The notes beneath the pieces are model-generated. The model did no database searches. It was not told the origin of the DNA and worked only from the letters and a program-made list of their open reading frames with translations. Source: a bacterium (GTDB taxonomy: Bacteria; Chlamydiota; Chlamydiia; Chlamydiales; SM23-39). From it: a stretch of DNA of 64,000 bases. Position numbers and translations under genes: made by a program. Positions 13,901-23,405 of the stretch are shown piece by piece. Within the stretch, counting starts at the first letter, position 1. Every line of letters begins with the position of its first letter. The DNA lies in NCBI GenBank assembly GCA_021781995.1, contig JAJXVT010000001.1, positions 70,171 through 134,170 on the forward strand, given 5' to 3'.

Positions 13901-16900
13901 ATGTACCCGCGGGAGTCTATTGTTTTGCATAAACGCTGATGTAGAGAAGTCATGGTCTCAGGGCTTGTATCGCTTCTTCGACTGAAATCAAAACGATGCA
14001 TTACTTGCCCGAATAAATTCCGATTAGTCTGTTCTAAATCACGGCAATTTGTTTCGTATAACTCTTCAGGAAGAAGTACGATAACTAGGTTTTCTCCGTT
14101 TGCTTTGCTCTTAGCAAGCAAGGGCAGCAGTACCTTGGATTTGCCATCGCCCATTCTCAGTTGCCTTGCTGCGCAAGGATTTTGGATCATTTCGCGAAAA
14201 ACTTCTACTTGCTGGCGGCGTAAAATGAGTTTTTCTATATATTCTAAGAAAAGCAAATCCCGCCCATCCGGATCTTCAATCGAAAAATGTCTTTGCGCTT
14301 GGACGGTATCGTAAAGCGATTCAAGAGCCGATGCATTCTTCTCTAACTCCCAACTTGCTAATTTTGTTAATGCATTTCCAATTTGTTGAAGTTCAATAGT
14401 GCAAAGAATGTATTGTAAAATGTTGCGATTTAGGTCTTGATTGAATTCAACGACAGTTGCACGCTCTCGCCATAACCCAACTGCAGTATCTATCGTAGGT
14501 TTTTCTAATTCTCCTAAGTAGCGAAGAGCTGTGCGTTGATAAAGAGGTAGATCGATAAAACTTTCAAATTTTGTAAGAACTGCAGCTTGTAAGTGTCTTT
14601 GCTCCATGAGTAACGCGTCTTTTCTTCCGATGAGAGCTGTGTGCAATAAAGTAGCAGTCGCGTCTGTTAGTTCAATGATTCTTTGCGTCTGAGGATGAGC
14701 GTTGAACGCTTGTCGATGCTCTTCGACTACACGGGAAAAATCTTCATTGGTGAAATTAGTAAAGAAGCTGTCTTCAGAGAGAACTCGCTCTTCGCGAACT
14801 ACAAAATAGGGAGCGTCTGGGGACATTGCAATGATTTTGGCAGATACATTCTGGGCGTAGCACAAAGGTTTAGCTTCGCGAAGCCCTGCTCGAGGCTCAC
14901 CTATCCTGCAGACGTTACGCTTTTCATGTGGCGGCTGCAGGAATTGGTACCGGTCTTTAATTGTAATAGCAGGGACATCCGAGCTCTGTTGTAAGCGCAG
15001 TTGTGCAGGTGAACGAGCTGGTAAAACAATCGCTTCTTTCGAGTTGTTTTTAAACAGTTGTTTCAATTGACTAATAAGTTGCTTTCCGAAAAATCCATAG
15101 GTTTGATTTCCAATAAATTTCTCGATAGGTTGCTCGCGAGGAATTCCTAGAGTAGCATTCCACGCCATTGAAAACACACCGTTAGAGGCAGCGAGTAAAA
15201 TGACAGGGCCGAGTATTCTTAAAGCCCAGGTGATGGGTGTTGGCACAAAACCTAGAATGTAAAATGGGATGTTTGCGTACAACTGACTTTGCATGGTGGG
15301 AAATGCTCTATGAGCGAGAGCTTCTGTATTTCTCATCCATGCGGGCGCGTCGCGACCGCGTAAATTGAAATAGCGATCGCATAATACGGCAATTTGTTTT
15401 AGCTGCTCATCTGCAGTAGGATCATTATGCCATTGACGGACGCGATTTCGTAGAGTAAGCTCATCTAAAGAGCTCACCTCTCGTAGGGCTCTTTCATAAA
15501 GTTGCAGCGCTTGATTTCGACTAGATACTTTAGAACCAAATATTCTCTGCCACCAGAGAATCCATCGGACTTTTAAAAATGCGTTTCTAGCGTCAGCTAA
15601 TTTATAGGGAGAATCGCGAAATTGAGTTTCTTGCTTTTTGATGAGATCTAATAAGTATTTTTTTAAAGCTCCGGTTACGTGGGTTTTGATTCGTAATTCC
15701 AAGTAATTTAATAAATGCGCTTCATCTGCAGCAGGGTTGTGTTGTAAAATTTCAGATAGAAGAGATTGCACCGTGCGCCAGCTTTCTGAGGTTGCTCCTT
15801 CTGTCCAGAGTTTTAGAGCAATATCGGTAACGTCTATTTCTTGCTGCTCGACCACCGCAGACGGGCTTGCGCCGTTTTGGTTTAGTCGAGGTAAGGGAGC
15901 TTCTACTGCATCATCTCCGTGATGGTGTAATAATTCTTCGATACATCTATGGACAATGTCGAGTTCTTCTACAGTTAAGGCCAGCAAATTTTGACCTTGC
16001 ATTGCCGATTTATAAGCGCGATAAAGGTCAGCGATGCGCAGGAGCTTTTCTTTACGTACAATGGGATCAGTCAGAGATTTCGTTTGAGGAACAAGGCGCA
16101 ATTGCAGAGCGCGATCGGATTGAATTTCTTCAGCAAAAAGCTCCCATTTCAAAAGTATAGCTACTTCATTTGGCCCACGGCCGTCTATTTCTCGGATCCA
16201 AGAAAGAATTTGCGAAACGCGTTTGTCATATCCGGCGCTTGTACGTGCTTTTTGTAACATTACAGCAGCGTTTGCATAATCCCAATGAATGCAGTATAGA
16301 TATGCAAGGTACATATATCCTTCGGCTGTTTGAGTTCGCAGCCGATTGCTTTGGGGATCTAAATCATATTCAAAGACCGGGCACGCTTCCACTCCAAAAA
16401 GAGGAGCGCGCTCTGATTGCGGTAGTTGACATTTGGATCGCGTTTGCAAACGAGATATGCGCCGCATGGGGATGAGCACTTTTTGCCGATCTTGTTTTTC
16501 GAGGAGCTGGTATTGCGTAAATGTTCTCGGCAGCGGTAATGTGCCAGCGTCAAAATTTCGCAGTCCGGCGATGGTTCCGAAAGGTTTTAGGATATATCCC
16601 GGAAAATTTTGGCATCGAATTTGATCTTCTGATATGTCGTAGATTAAGGGAAGGTCGCTGCCGACAATGCGGTAGCGGCTATATTCAATTTGCAAAAGAG
16701 CGCCGAGCCTTCCTGTCGTCAAAAGGTATTGAGGTTCTTCAATCGAGGAAAATGATCTCAAATATTCCGCGGAAATGGATAAAACTTCTGTATTGGACTC
16801 GCACAATTGCATGCTTATAATTCGCGGACTAGCAAATCCTAATAGCTGACTAGCAGATCCCAGAAGCGGCTGTTGAATTTGGATGATTGCATAAGGCGCA

Positions 16901-19900
16901 TCGCCTTCTTGCGGCATGACATAAATGGCTGTTCCTTGCGGGTGGACATAACATTTGCGATTGCCTACAGCAAGAGCGCAGTTCCATGGTAAAATCGGAA
17001 TGTCCTGTGCATTTTCGTCATGATTAGGGGATACATAATTGCTTTGCGACGGAAAATGAACCAAATTCATCCACATGCCATCAATTTGTCTTTGGACTAC
17101 TGGCTGTAAATCTGAGTTGAGAACCAGTATTCGCAAATGTGGGTGGCGGGCATGTACAAATCCCATGGCATCCGGTTGCTTTGCACCTCGATATCCCTGC
17201 CATTGTCCATCAAATAATTCTTGGCCGTAATGCTTCAGTAACCCCTGATGGCAAGTCAAAAATGCAGGTAGTCTTTGAGAGTTTCCTAAATCTAGTTCTA
17301 ATTGTCCGATGGATAAATTAAGTCGATACCGCCCATTTGCACAGTTCGCGTATAAGATAGGAAATGTAGCAATTTCCCATTGCAAATTACGCGCTTCTAA
17401 CGAAGGACTTATCCACAAAACGATTTGATTTATAAAATCATTGACAAGATCTGGTTGAAGAGATGACTGGACCTTCGTAAGAACCCATGAACGTAGCGCA
17501 AGGTAGCGTATTTTTTGATTTTTTTCAATGAGATCGCTCACGTGTGGAAATAGCTCTAATCTACCGATCATCGCTAAAATTCTTTGTTGTACCCGTGGGG
17601 TTTTAAAAAACTCGCAATTGGGATCATCCAGAAATTTTTCCCAATACTGATCTAATAAAATTGGAAATAGTAAATACATCTGCTTAAGCGAGATGGTATC
17701 AAACCTTGTGAGATATTCTTCTGCCCATTGAGTCATTTGATTTTCATCAAGACGTGTGACCTGTGGACACTTTCTAGCTGCTGTTTGATATAAAAACGCT
17801 GCTGTCCCCCATTTTTCACGCGCGATACAATTGGCTATTTGCTGGTTCACTCTTTTTGTTAAATTTTGTGTAAATGAATTGTCATATGTGAAGTAAACGT
17901 TTGATTGTATTGTGAAAAATAACCACTGCAGGGCAGGAATTTCTATAAAATGAGTGTTGTCTAAAAACAATTCCCATAAAATACTAGATTTGTAGGAGGT
18001 TGTGTTGAGATCGCGATTATGAAATCTTGCGAAAACTATTATTTTTTTTGCCTCTTCTTGTGTAAGTCCTAATGAAGTTAACCACATTAAATCTGAGGCG
18101 CTAAAACTAAACACTTGGGCGGTAGTCACATCATCGGAATTTCGAGAAACCTGGGGTGATACGTAAAGGCTATTTATTTTACTCTGAAAAGATTGAAGTT
18201 GTTTTGGCCAGCTCATATCTGTCCCCATTTCGCGTCTAGAAAATACTAGTTGCTCAATTTCCTTCGGACAAATTGGGTTCTGTAATTCAGTCAGGCCATT
18301 CGCGCGATTAGGAGGAATTGGAGCAGTATCTCTAAGAGCTCTTTGAAATTTTTCAGATTCTAAAGGGGGCAAAGTTGTTAGTCGGAGATTTCCAAGACTC
18401 AAATCCAATACCAACTGATTTGCGTGCCATTTAACGGATTCTACAGGTCGGATGTTCGGAGAAGCGTGCGAAAAGCGCATGCACGAGAGCATATCAAACG
18501 AGTAGATAGATCCTGGATGCATATAGAAATGTTCTATTCCGAATAATTTTGCTATTAAATTGTGAGGATATACTTTGAGATAAACTCGAGCGGTGTAGGT
18601 ACAAAGAAATTCATGAGCGACACGTATATTGACAGGCAGTTGATAGTGCAAAGAACCATACTGATTTTTAACGCGTGGATAACCTTTGATGATGATGTGA
18701 AACATCGTGCAGCATGTGGATATAATGCGTTGCGCCTCTTTTTTAGTGCAATTGTTCCAGATAGGATGATCAACATCCGGAAACCACTGCGTCATTAAAT
18801 AGGCTTCGTGGGCGGCTAGTTCAGGACTTATTTTGGATAGAGATTGTAGTCGGCAAATCCATTGTTCAAAAGTTTGTAATGGGTTTTCCTTGTTTAAGGT
18901 GACCAAAGGCGTATCTATGTTGCGGAACGTAAATGATTCAGAATTTGCTGTAATTAATTGAGGGTTGGCTGGAGGTGCATAGAGAAGAATAGGCGCGGAT
19001 ACGGGCGATCCAGTCTTTGGAAATGAAACCTCGGGTGCAATATTTGCTATTGTTTGCAACAGCTCGGTTAATTCATGGCAAAGAGCCTGAGCGTTTTGCA
19101 CTCCAGTTGTGCGTTCAAGCGCTTGAAGTAAAGACAATGCAGTGGTTTGCGCAAGTATGCGGAATTTTTCATTTTGCAGATGTTCTCGATGCGTGCGGCA
19201 AACATCAAAAAAAGCGCCAATCCGAAACGCTAAATCATAATGAGCAGCACTATCGTTCGGAAGATGTCCATTGGAGCTTGCGTAAGCGACTAACTCATCT
19301 AGATGAGTTAGTTCCACATCACTTGTAAATTCTACTACAGCTTCTTGCTCAACTAAGGAGCTTCCTGAAAAATTGAGCGCGTCGATAAATGCTTGTTGCC
19401 AACTATCAAAACTAAGCTCTAGATCTGGTGCATACTGCCGATAAGTTGGATCTGTACACAATCCGATGAGCCGGGGGATCGCGCAACGCAACATGCGAAA
19501 AGAAATGTTTTGGATGATTCTTCTAGTTGCTCGAAAACGCAATCCGTCAACGTCTGATGCACCGTCAAATAAATTTAAAGTATCAGGAGTTGCAGAAATC
19601 AGCGCTGCTGAAAATGATCTTAATGTTAGCGAATCATATGAGTCTGTTCGTTTGATTTCTAAAAGCGCCTCGATTCGCCTTCCAGCCATGTAATAACCAA
19701 CGGGGACAAGTAATATTTCATTTTTAGACAATTTTTCAATTTGTGAGATCCAGATTTCAGATAACTCTGCTAATTTTGGCAAAGAAAATTGTTCGTGTAA
19801 TATAAATAATTCATTACAGCGTCTCTGCGCTTCTAAAAGTCTGTTGATAAAATTGATAGATTCCGGAGCGTCCGATTGTTCTTTACTGAGAATTGTCGTC

Positions 19901-20283
19901 ACATATTCTAGAGCTTCGCGGATAGTGAACCGCCCATGATCCGGGCGGATATTTGCAATTTCAGTCAGCAGTTTTAAATCGTGTTGCAATCGCTCAGCTT
20001 GATGGTTTTGGTGATGAGTCAGAGCTTCATATATCCGATCTATCCATGGAAAGATGCGGCACAACACTAAAAAAAAGTTTTTAATAATTGTTATAATAAT
20101 ATTTTGAGCTGGCGGAATTATTGGATTTTCAGGAGCTGGAAGATCTACCCGTTGAGGTGGTGTAAATCTCTCTAAGGCGAGGTTAGCTCGTAAAGGTGCA
20201 TCGACAGAACTTGAAATCGAAGGCAAATGACTCATTTGTTCATCCGTATATTTTTTTACCAATAGAGGTAGCTGGGCGCTCAA
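10909..20283 (-). CDS. Giant (~3100 aa) DUF3638-like protein with SF2 helicase/SecA-like ATPase motifs
   Basis: Uninterrupted ORF with QLRMGDGKS (Walker A-like), IADEIH (DExH), GFTGT, LIDAGA, VGADI and QAVWRLR, followed by an acidic EAETLQEAEAQTETEQE stretch. ATG at 20235 is the likely start. Confidence 0.8.
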   Translation of the reverse strand: MSAQLPLLVKKYTDEQMSHLPSISSSVDAPLRANLALERFTPPQRVDLPAPENPIIPPAQNIIITIIKNFFLVLCRIFPWIDRIYEALTHHQNHQAERLQHDLKLLTEIANIRPDHGRFTIREALEYVTTILSKEQSDAPESINFINRLLEAQRRCNELFILHEQFSLPKLAELSEIWISQIEKLSKNEILLVPVGYYMAGRRIEALLEIKRTDSYDSLTLRSFSAALISATPDTLNLFDGASDVDGLRFRATRRIIQNISFRMLRCAIPRLIGLCTDPTYRQYAPDLELSFDSWQQAFIDALNFSGSSLVEQEAVVEFTSDVELTHLDELVAYASSNGHLPNDSAAHYDLAFRIGAFFDVCRTHREHLQNEKFRILAQTTALSLLQALERTTGVQNAQALCHELTELLQTIANIAPEVSFPKTGSPVSAPILLYAPPANPQLITANSESFTFRNIDTPLVTLNKENPLQTFEQWICRLQSLSKISPELAAHEAYLMTQWFPDVDHPIWNNCTKKEAQRIISTCCTMFHIIIKGYPRVKNQYGSLHYQLPVNIRVAHEFLCTYTARVYLKVYPHNLIAKLFGIEHFYMHPGSIYSFDMLSCMRFSHASPNIRPVESVKWHANQLVLDLSLGNLRLTTLPPLESEKFQRALRDTAPIPPNRANGLTELQNPICPKEIEQLVFSRREMGTDMSWPKQLQSFQSKINSLYVSPQVSRNSDDVTTAQVFSFSASDLMWLTSLGLTQEEAKKIIVFARFHNRDLNTTSYKSSILWELFLDNTHFIEIPALQWLFFTIQSNVYFTYDNSFTQNLTKRVNQQIANCIAREKWGTAAFLYQTAARKCPQVTRLDENQMTQWAEEYLTRFDTISLKQMYLLFPILLDQYWEKFLDDPNCEFFKTPRVQQRILAMIGRLELFPHVSDLIEKNQKIRYLALRSWVLTKVQSSLQPDLVNDFINQIVLWISPSLEARNLQWEIATFPILYANCANGRYRLNLSIGQLELDLGNSQRLPAFLTCHQGLLKHYGQELFDGQWQGYRGAKQPDAMGFVHARHPHLRILVLNSDLQPVVQRQIDGMWMNLVHFPSQSNYVSPNHDENAQDIPILPWNCALAVGNRKCYVHPQGTAIYVMPQEGDAPYAIIQIQQPLLGSASQLLGFASPRIISMQLCESNTEVLSISAEYLRSFSSIEEPQYLLTTGRLGALLQIEYSRYRIVGSDLPLIYDISEDQIRCQNFPGYILKPFGTIAGLRNFDAGTLPLPRTFTQYQLLEKQDRQKVLIPMRRISRLQTRSKCQLPQSERAPLFGVEACPVFEYDLDPQSNRLRTQTAEGYMYLAYLYCIHWDYANAAVMLQKARTSAGYDKRVSQILSWIREIDGRGPNEVAILLKWELFAEEIQSDRALQLRLVPQTKSLTDPIVRKEKLLRIADLYRAYKSAMQGQNLLALTVEELDIVHRCIEELLHHHGDDAVEAPLPRLNQNGASPSAVVEQQEIDVTDIALKLWTEGATSESWRTVQSLLSEILQHNPAADEAHLLNYLELRIKTHVTGALKKYLLDLIKKQETQFRDSPYKLADARNAFLKVRWILWWQRIFGSKVSSRNQALQLYERALREVSSLDELTLRNRVRQWHNDPTADEQLKQIAVLCDRYFNLRGRDAPAWMRNTEALAHRAFPTMQSQLYANIPFYILGFVPTPITWALRILGPVILLAASNGVFSMAWNATLGIPREQPIEKFIGNQTYGFFGKQLISQLKQLFKNNSKEAIVLPARSPAQLRLQQSSDVPAITIKDRYQFLQPPHEKRNVCRIGEPRAGLREAKPLCYAQNVSAKIIAMSPDAPYFVVREERVLSEDSFFTNFTNEDFSRVVEEHRQAFNAHPQTQRIIELTDATATLLHTALIGRKDALLMEQRHLQAAVLTKFESFIDLPLYQRTALRYLGELEKPTIDTAVGLWRERATVVEFNQDLNRNILQYILCTIELQQIGNALTKLASWELEKNASALESLYDTVQAQRHFSIEDPDGRDLLFLEYIEKLILRRQQVEVFREMIQNPCAARQLRMGDGKSKVLLPLLAKSKANGENLVIVLLPEELYETNCRDLEQTNRNLFGQVMHRFDFSRRSDTSPETMTSLHQRLCKTIDSRGYILSTKRSLLAFRNSYVLLLTKAGDKTLSRVERENVLGSLIAMGRIAHLLLHHADVIADEIHACLDIRKEVNFSMGDPTPIDSIKIQVGSNLLRLIMESDDVELHGLAVDLRHNSQAAISNETKRKLLKRLAVVYLTRYNIALDAISQDDLVEYLTEKVTDDNELRSRAVERTVLALELRHSNLFQEIASLKAFLQRGFATVLSRVGNVHFGRDPISRQWTIPYKANNTPHIGSEFDDDIEKICFTLVDYLQNGVSKELITILVEQWLSEAQKQLLLEKKTNPLSSMRLDQTTAARQYQKFMQNIGIAQAPQLELIVEKENIEALICHINTHARQTFAEKIVLPQIKQYPLQIHSTSLDVPDIVKNFGGFTGTPWNLHSYHDKITPTRNLPVDGSTWAIMLNRRIDIQVFEFDPLSPSESLLQVIDIPSHRYQALIDAGAYLRGIENQEFIAHCCAQGANAGIYFDATGRIVKKTRESGDILPLESAAHTALNRNFTLYDHPHIVGADIAQAPDAQALVTIGENTFISELFQAVWRLRSLDKGQTISFAVSQKVQKQILKKSDRPLTTTDILQFCVINEAMRESEDNFRAERQAIESMPKRAALSHFTNQIQQGAPNRELILLAEQFSQSSIFTKTRPLGMPGYRQYAAIQRLTSPITVLSQSVDQAQKLARNLDSFSELRNMQVRDFETRVYLYPKLVGNNEENLTEVEAETLQEAEAQTETEQEIIQIAQTGRDPIFNGPYCKLTWWHIKCITDKSTDHSGFYLLRDLHASLPFFDDNIYVSENLERQLLPIRACLISDCCDPCADGNTYAKWKQWFSEGNGTHHLAPQSVYYSNRVPAFLAAISYNTQTKRWTMILPSLHDGLDLYADADRSLPSSCSFQLITISATNKPLIIQSLHESSLPKPDDDDARRQFMRLYIQAKLYNGEIHYPYPEEQTAICSWLHEVGKEEYQGYFEEHILPSLSPEKQSSYRHSFLYRAFTGNVYADLDDQKENEL

Positions 20284-20301
20284 GTTTTACAACTGCCTTA
20301 T
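20262..20301. repeat. Internally deleted copy of the palindromic element
   Basis: ATAGAGGTAG end joined to CTGGGCGCTCAAGTTTTACAACTGCCT; 20272-20298 matches 48805-48831 at 25/27 nt. Confidence 0.75.
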
Positions 20302-20504
20302 ATTTTATATTAATTTTGTTTATTTTAATACGTTAAGTTTTTTATATACATTCTTCTTTTATGCCACTTGTTAATAAATGATTTTAATGCCAAAATTGGG
20401 CATTTAACGCCGTTTGAAGTAGGCGCTGAACACTCAAATTAAAGAGCAAAAGGATTCTCTTTTCAGCGCAGGAAGCAGGGTCTGATTTGCAATTGGCTTA
20501 GAAA

Positions 20505-23324
20505 TCAATCACAAGTGGAGTAAAGTCGTCGGAGCTTTTCAGACATGTCTGCAATTTGTTGCTCTGTAAGTGACTGAGCGGATTGTAATTTTTCGACAAT
20601 TTCTTTAGGGGCTCGCGAGCGAAACTCGTCATTGCTGAGTTTTTGCTTAGTGCCTTCCAGCATTTTATTTGCTTTTTCCAATTCTTTTTCGATGCGTTGG
20701 CGCTCTTTGAGTTTCATCGATTCAGGGATAGGAATTGTCAGCTTTAAATTGCTGACCATGCCGCTTGCACTGAAAACACCTTCAATCGACTTATTGAAAT
20801 GAATGTGTGTTGTTGGCGTGAGGGCCAAAAGAACCGCTTGATTTTGTTCGACAATGGATAGGTTGTCTGCTTGACCGGAAATGATGAGATCTGTTTTTTC
20901 TTGCGGGGGAATTTGCATTTCGGCGCGGATATTGCGAACGCATCGAACCAATTCGTTGATATAAGCAAAGGTCTCTTCGATTTGTAAATCGGCACTTGCA
21001 CAAGGAGTTGGGTAAGGAGCTGTGGCGCAGACGGGGGCTGAGAGCGCTGTCAATGTTTCATTTGCGTAGGGTTCGGCGCTAGGGGGGAATGTTGCAAAAT
21101 GAGACTTGAGCAGTGAAAAAATCTCTTCGGTAATAAATGGAGTGATTGGGTGCATGAGGCGAATGGAATTGGAGAGCAGGATCGTCAATAGCACTTGTTT
21201 GTTGCGTTTTAGCTCCGGAGTTCCAAGTTTTCCGAAAAGCACTGGCTTAGCGGTTTCCAAATAAACTGCGCAAAAATCATTCCAGAAAAATTCATAGGCT
21301 CTTGTTGCAGCTCGATCAAAACTATATTCTGAAAAATAACGATTGAGATCTACAATCGTCCGGTTGAGCACGGACAAAATCCATCGATCTTCTAAGGTTA
21401 ATAGGCTCTCGTCGATGCCTTTTGCAAGATCGCTAGAATTTAAACCTTCCAAGTTGAGGAAGACGAAGCGTGCGCCGTTCCACACTTTGTTGGCAAAATT
21501 TTTGTATTCTTCAAAACGGCGTAAGTCCAGATCTATTTGCCGAGCGAAGGTAACGCTGGAAGACAATGCCATGCGCAATGCATCGGTCCCGTATTCATCG
21601 ATGATTTGAATTGGATCGATGACATTGCCCTTAGATTTAGACATTTTTTCCCATTTGCTTTGAACATCCGATGGAATGGGAGCTCCGAGGTCATAGTTCC
21701 TTTTCTCTTCAGCGGAAAGGTAATGAACTGCGCCATCCGCACCGATGCGCCAATAAGACTTTCCGTAAATCAATCCGTGCAAAAATGTCTCTTGAAACGG
21801 AACGTCGTTCATAACGTATTCGCCCATCAAGATCATGCGGGCTACCCAGAAAAATAATATATCGTGTCCGGTGATTAGTGTGGATGTGGGATAAAATGCT
21901 TTGAGGTCATCTGTTTTATTAGGCCAGCCAAAAACGCTAAAAGGCCACAGAGCGGAGGAAAACCAAGTGTCTAACACATCTGAATCTTGAATGTAGCGAT
22001 CAGGATTTGCCGCGACTTGCTCGGGATTGAGTTCTGCGCTGCAGAGCACATTTTCAGGATTTTGCTTATCATACCAGACGGGAATTCGGTGCCCCCACCA
22101 AATTTGGCGAGAAATGCACCAGTCTCTCAAGTTTTCAATCCAGTGGTAGTAGGTTTGTTCCCAATGAGGGGGAATGAGTTTGACTCTTTTTTCTCGAACA
22201 GCGGAAATGAGCTTATCTTTAAAACGGGTCATGCGAACAAACCACTGTTTTGAAAGATAAGGCTGAACAACCGCTTTGGATCGGTAGGAGAGGCCTACTC
22301 GGAACTTGTGCGGATCTGCTTTGAGGAGATAACCTTGCTGTTTCAGTGCATCGACGACCTGGATGCGAGCTTCTTCTACACTTAATCCTGCAAATTCCCC
22401 ACCCACCTCATTGAGTTTGGCATCCGGAGTGAGTAGATTGATCATAGGAAGGTCGTTGCGGCGAGCGGCTTCGAAGTCGTTGAAGTCGTGAGCGGGCGTT
22501 AGTTTTACTGCGCCTGTTCCAAATTCTCGATCGACAAAATGGTCGGTTATGATCGGAATTAAACGTCCTGTTAAAGGCAATCGAATCTGCTTGCCCACGA
22601 GTTTTTGATAGCGGGGGTCGTCCGGATGAACGGCGACGGCTGTATCGGCGAGCATTGTTTCAGGGCGGGTGGTGGCGACGACTAATTCACCGCTACCATC
22701 ATCCAGCGGGTAGCGAATGTGCCAAAGATAGCTGTCTCGTTCCTCGTGCTCTACTTCATCATCTGAAAGGGCTGTTTGCGTCACAGGATCCCAATTAACA
22801 AGGTAATCTCCTCGATAGATGAAACCGTCGTCAAACATTTTCTTGAAACAGGTGCGGACAGCGAGGGAGAGAGATTCGTCCATTGTAAAGCGCAAACGGG
22901 ACCAATCGCAGGAGCTGCCAAGCCGGCGAATTTGTTCTAAGATAGTACTTTCAGATTCGTGTTTCCATTGCCATACGTGCTTTAGAAATTCTTCGCGAGT
23001 AAAATCCTTTCGTCGTTTTCCAGTCTTTGCAAATAGCTGTCTTTCCACAACAGCTTGAGTCGCGATGCCGGCGTGATCTGTCCCCGGAACCCAAAGAGCT
23101 TCGAAACCTTGCATTCGTTTCCAGCGGATTAAGACGTCTTGCAATGTATCTACAAGAGCGTGCCCCATGTGTAAAACACCGGTTACATTGGGCGGAGGAA
23201 TGACGATGACAAAGGGTTTTTTACCTGAATGTGGGTTGGCTTGAAAAAAGCCGCCTGTTTCCCAATAGGAAATCCACTTCAGTTCGATGTTTTTTGACTC
23301 GTATGCTTTTGGTAATTCGCTCAT
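20505..23324 (-). CDS. valS: Valine--tRNA ligase
   Basis: PPPNVTGVLHMGH, DWCISRQ and KMSKS motifs; C-terminal coiled-coil arm; chlamydial insert before KMSKS. Confidence 0.98.
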   Translation of the reverse strand: MSELPKAYESKNIELKWISYWETGGFFQANPHSGKKPFVIVIPPPNVTGVLHMGHALVDTLQDVLIRWKRMQGFEALWVPGTDHAGIATQAVVERQLFAKTGKRRKDFTREEFLKHVWQWKHESESTILEQIRRLGSSCDWSRLRFTMDESLSLAVRTCFKKMFDDGFIYRGDYLVNWDPVTQTALSDDEVEHEERDSYLWHIRYPLDDGSGELVVATTRPETMLADTAVAVHPDDPRYQKLVGKQIRLPLTGRLIPIITDHFVDREFGTGAVKLTPAHDFNDFEAARRNDLPMINLLTPDAKLNEVGGEFAGLSVEEARIQVVDALKQQGYLLKADPHKFRVGLSYRSKAVVQPYLSKQWFVRMTRFKDKLISAVREKRVKLIPPHWEQTYYHWIENLRDWCISRQIWWGHRIPVWYDKQNPENVLCSAELNPEQVAANPDRYIQDSDVLDTWFSSALWPFSVFGWPNKTDDLKAFYPTSTLITGHDILFFWVARMILMGEYVMNDVPFQETFLHGLIYGKSYWRIGADGAVHYLSAEEKRNYDLGAPIPSDVQSKWEKMSKSKGNVIDPIQIIDEYGTDALRMALSSSVTFARQIDLDLRRFEEYKNFANKVWNGARFVFLNLEGLNSSDLAKGIDESLLTLEDRWILSVLNRTIVDLNRYFSEYSFDRAATRAYEFFWNDFCAVYLETAKPVLFGKLGTPELKRNKQVLLTILLSNSIRLMHPITPFITEEIFSLLKSHFATFPPSAEPYANETLTALSAPVCATAPYPTPCASADLQIEETFAYINELVRCVRNIRAEMQIPPQEKTDLIISGQADNLSIVEQNQAVLLALTPTTHIHFNKSIEGVFSASGMVSNLKLTIPIPESMKLKERQRIEKELEKANKMLEGTKQKLSNDEFRSRAPKEIVEKLQSAQSLTEQQIADMSEKLRRLYSTCD

Positions 23325-23405
23325 AGCGCTCGGATTATAAAATATCTCATCCTAAAAGTCAAAAAAAGGAGCTAGCTGCTCAGCCGCTTTTCTTTGGGAA
23401 TTTGC

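Noticed and set aside
21645..21770. Extra segment in ValS before KMSKS as another element insertion
   Set aside because: No inverted ends, and it corresponds to the insert known from chlamydial ValS proteins.
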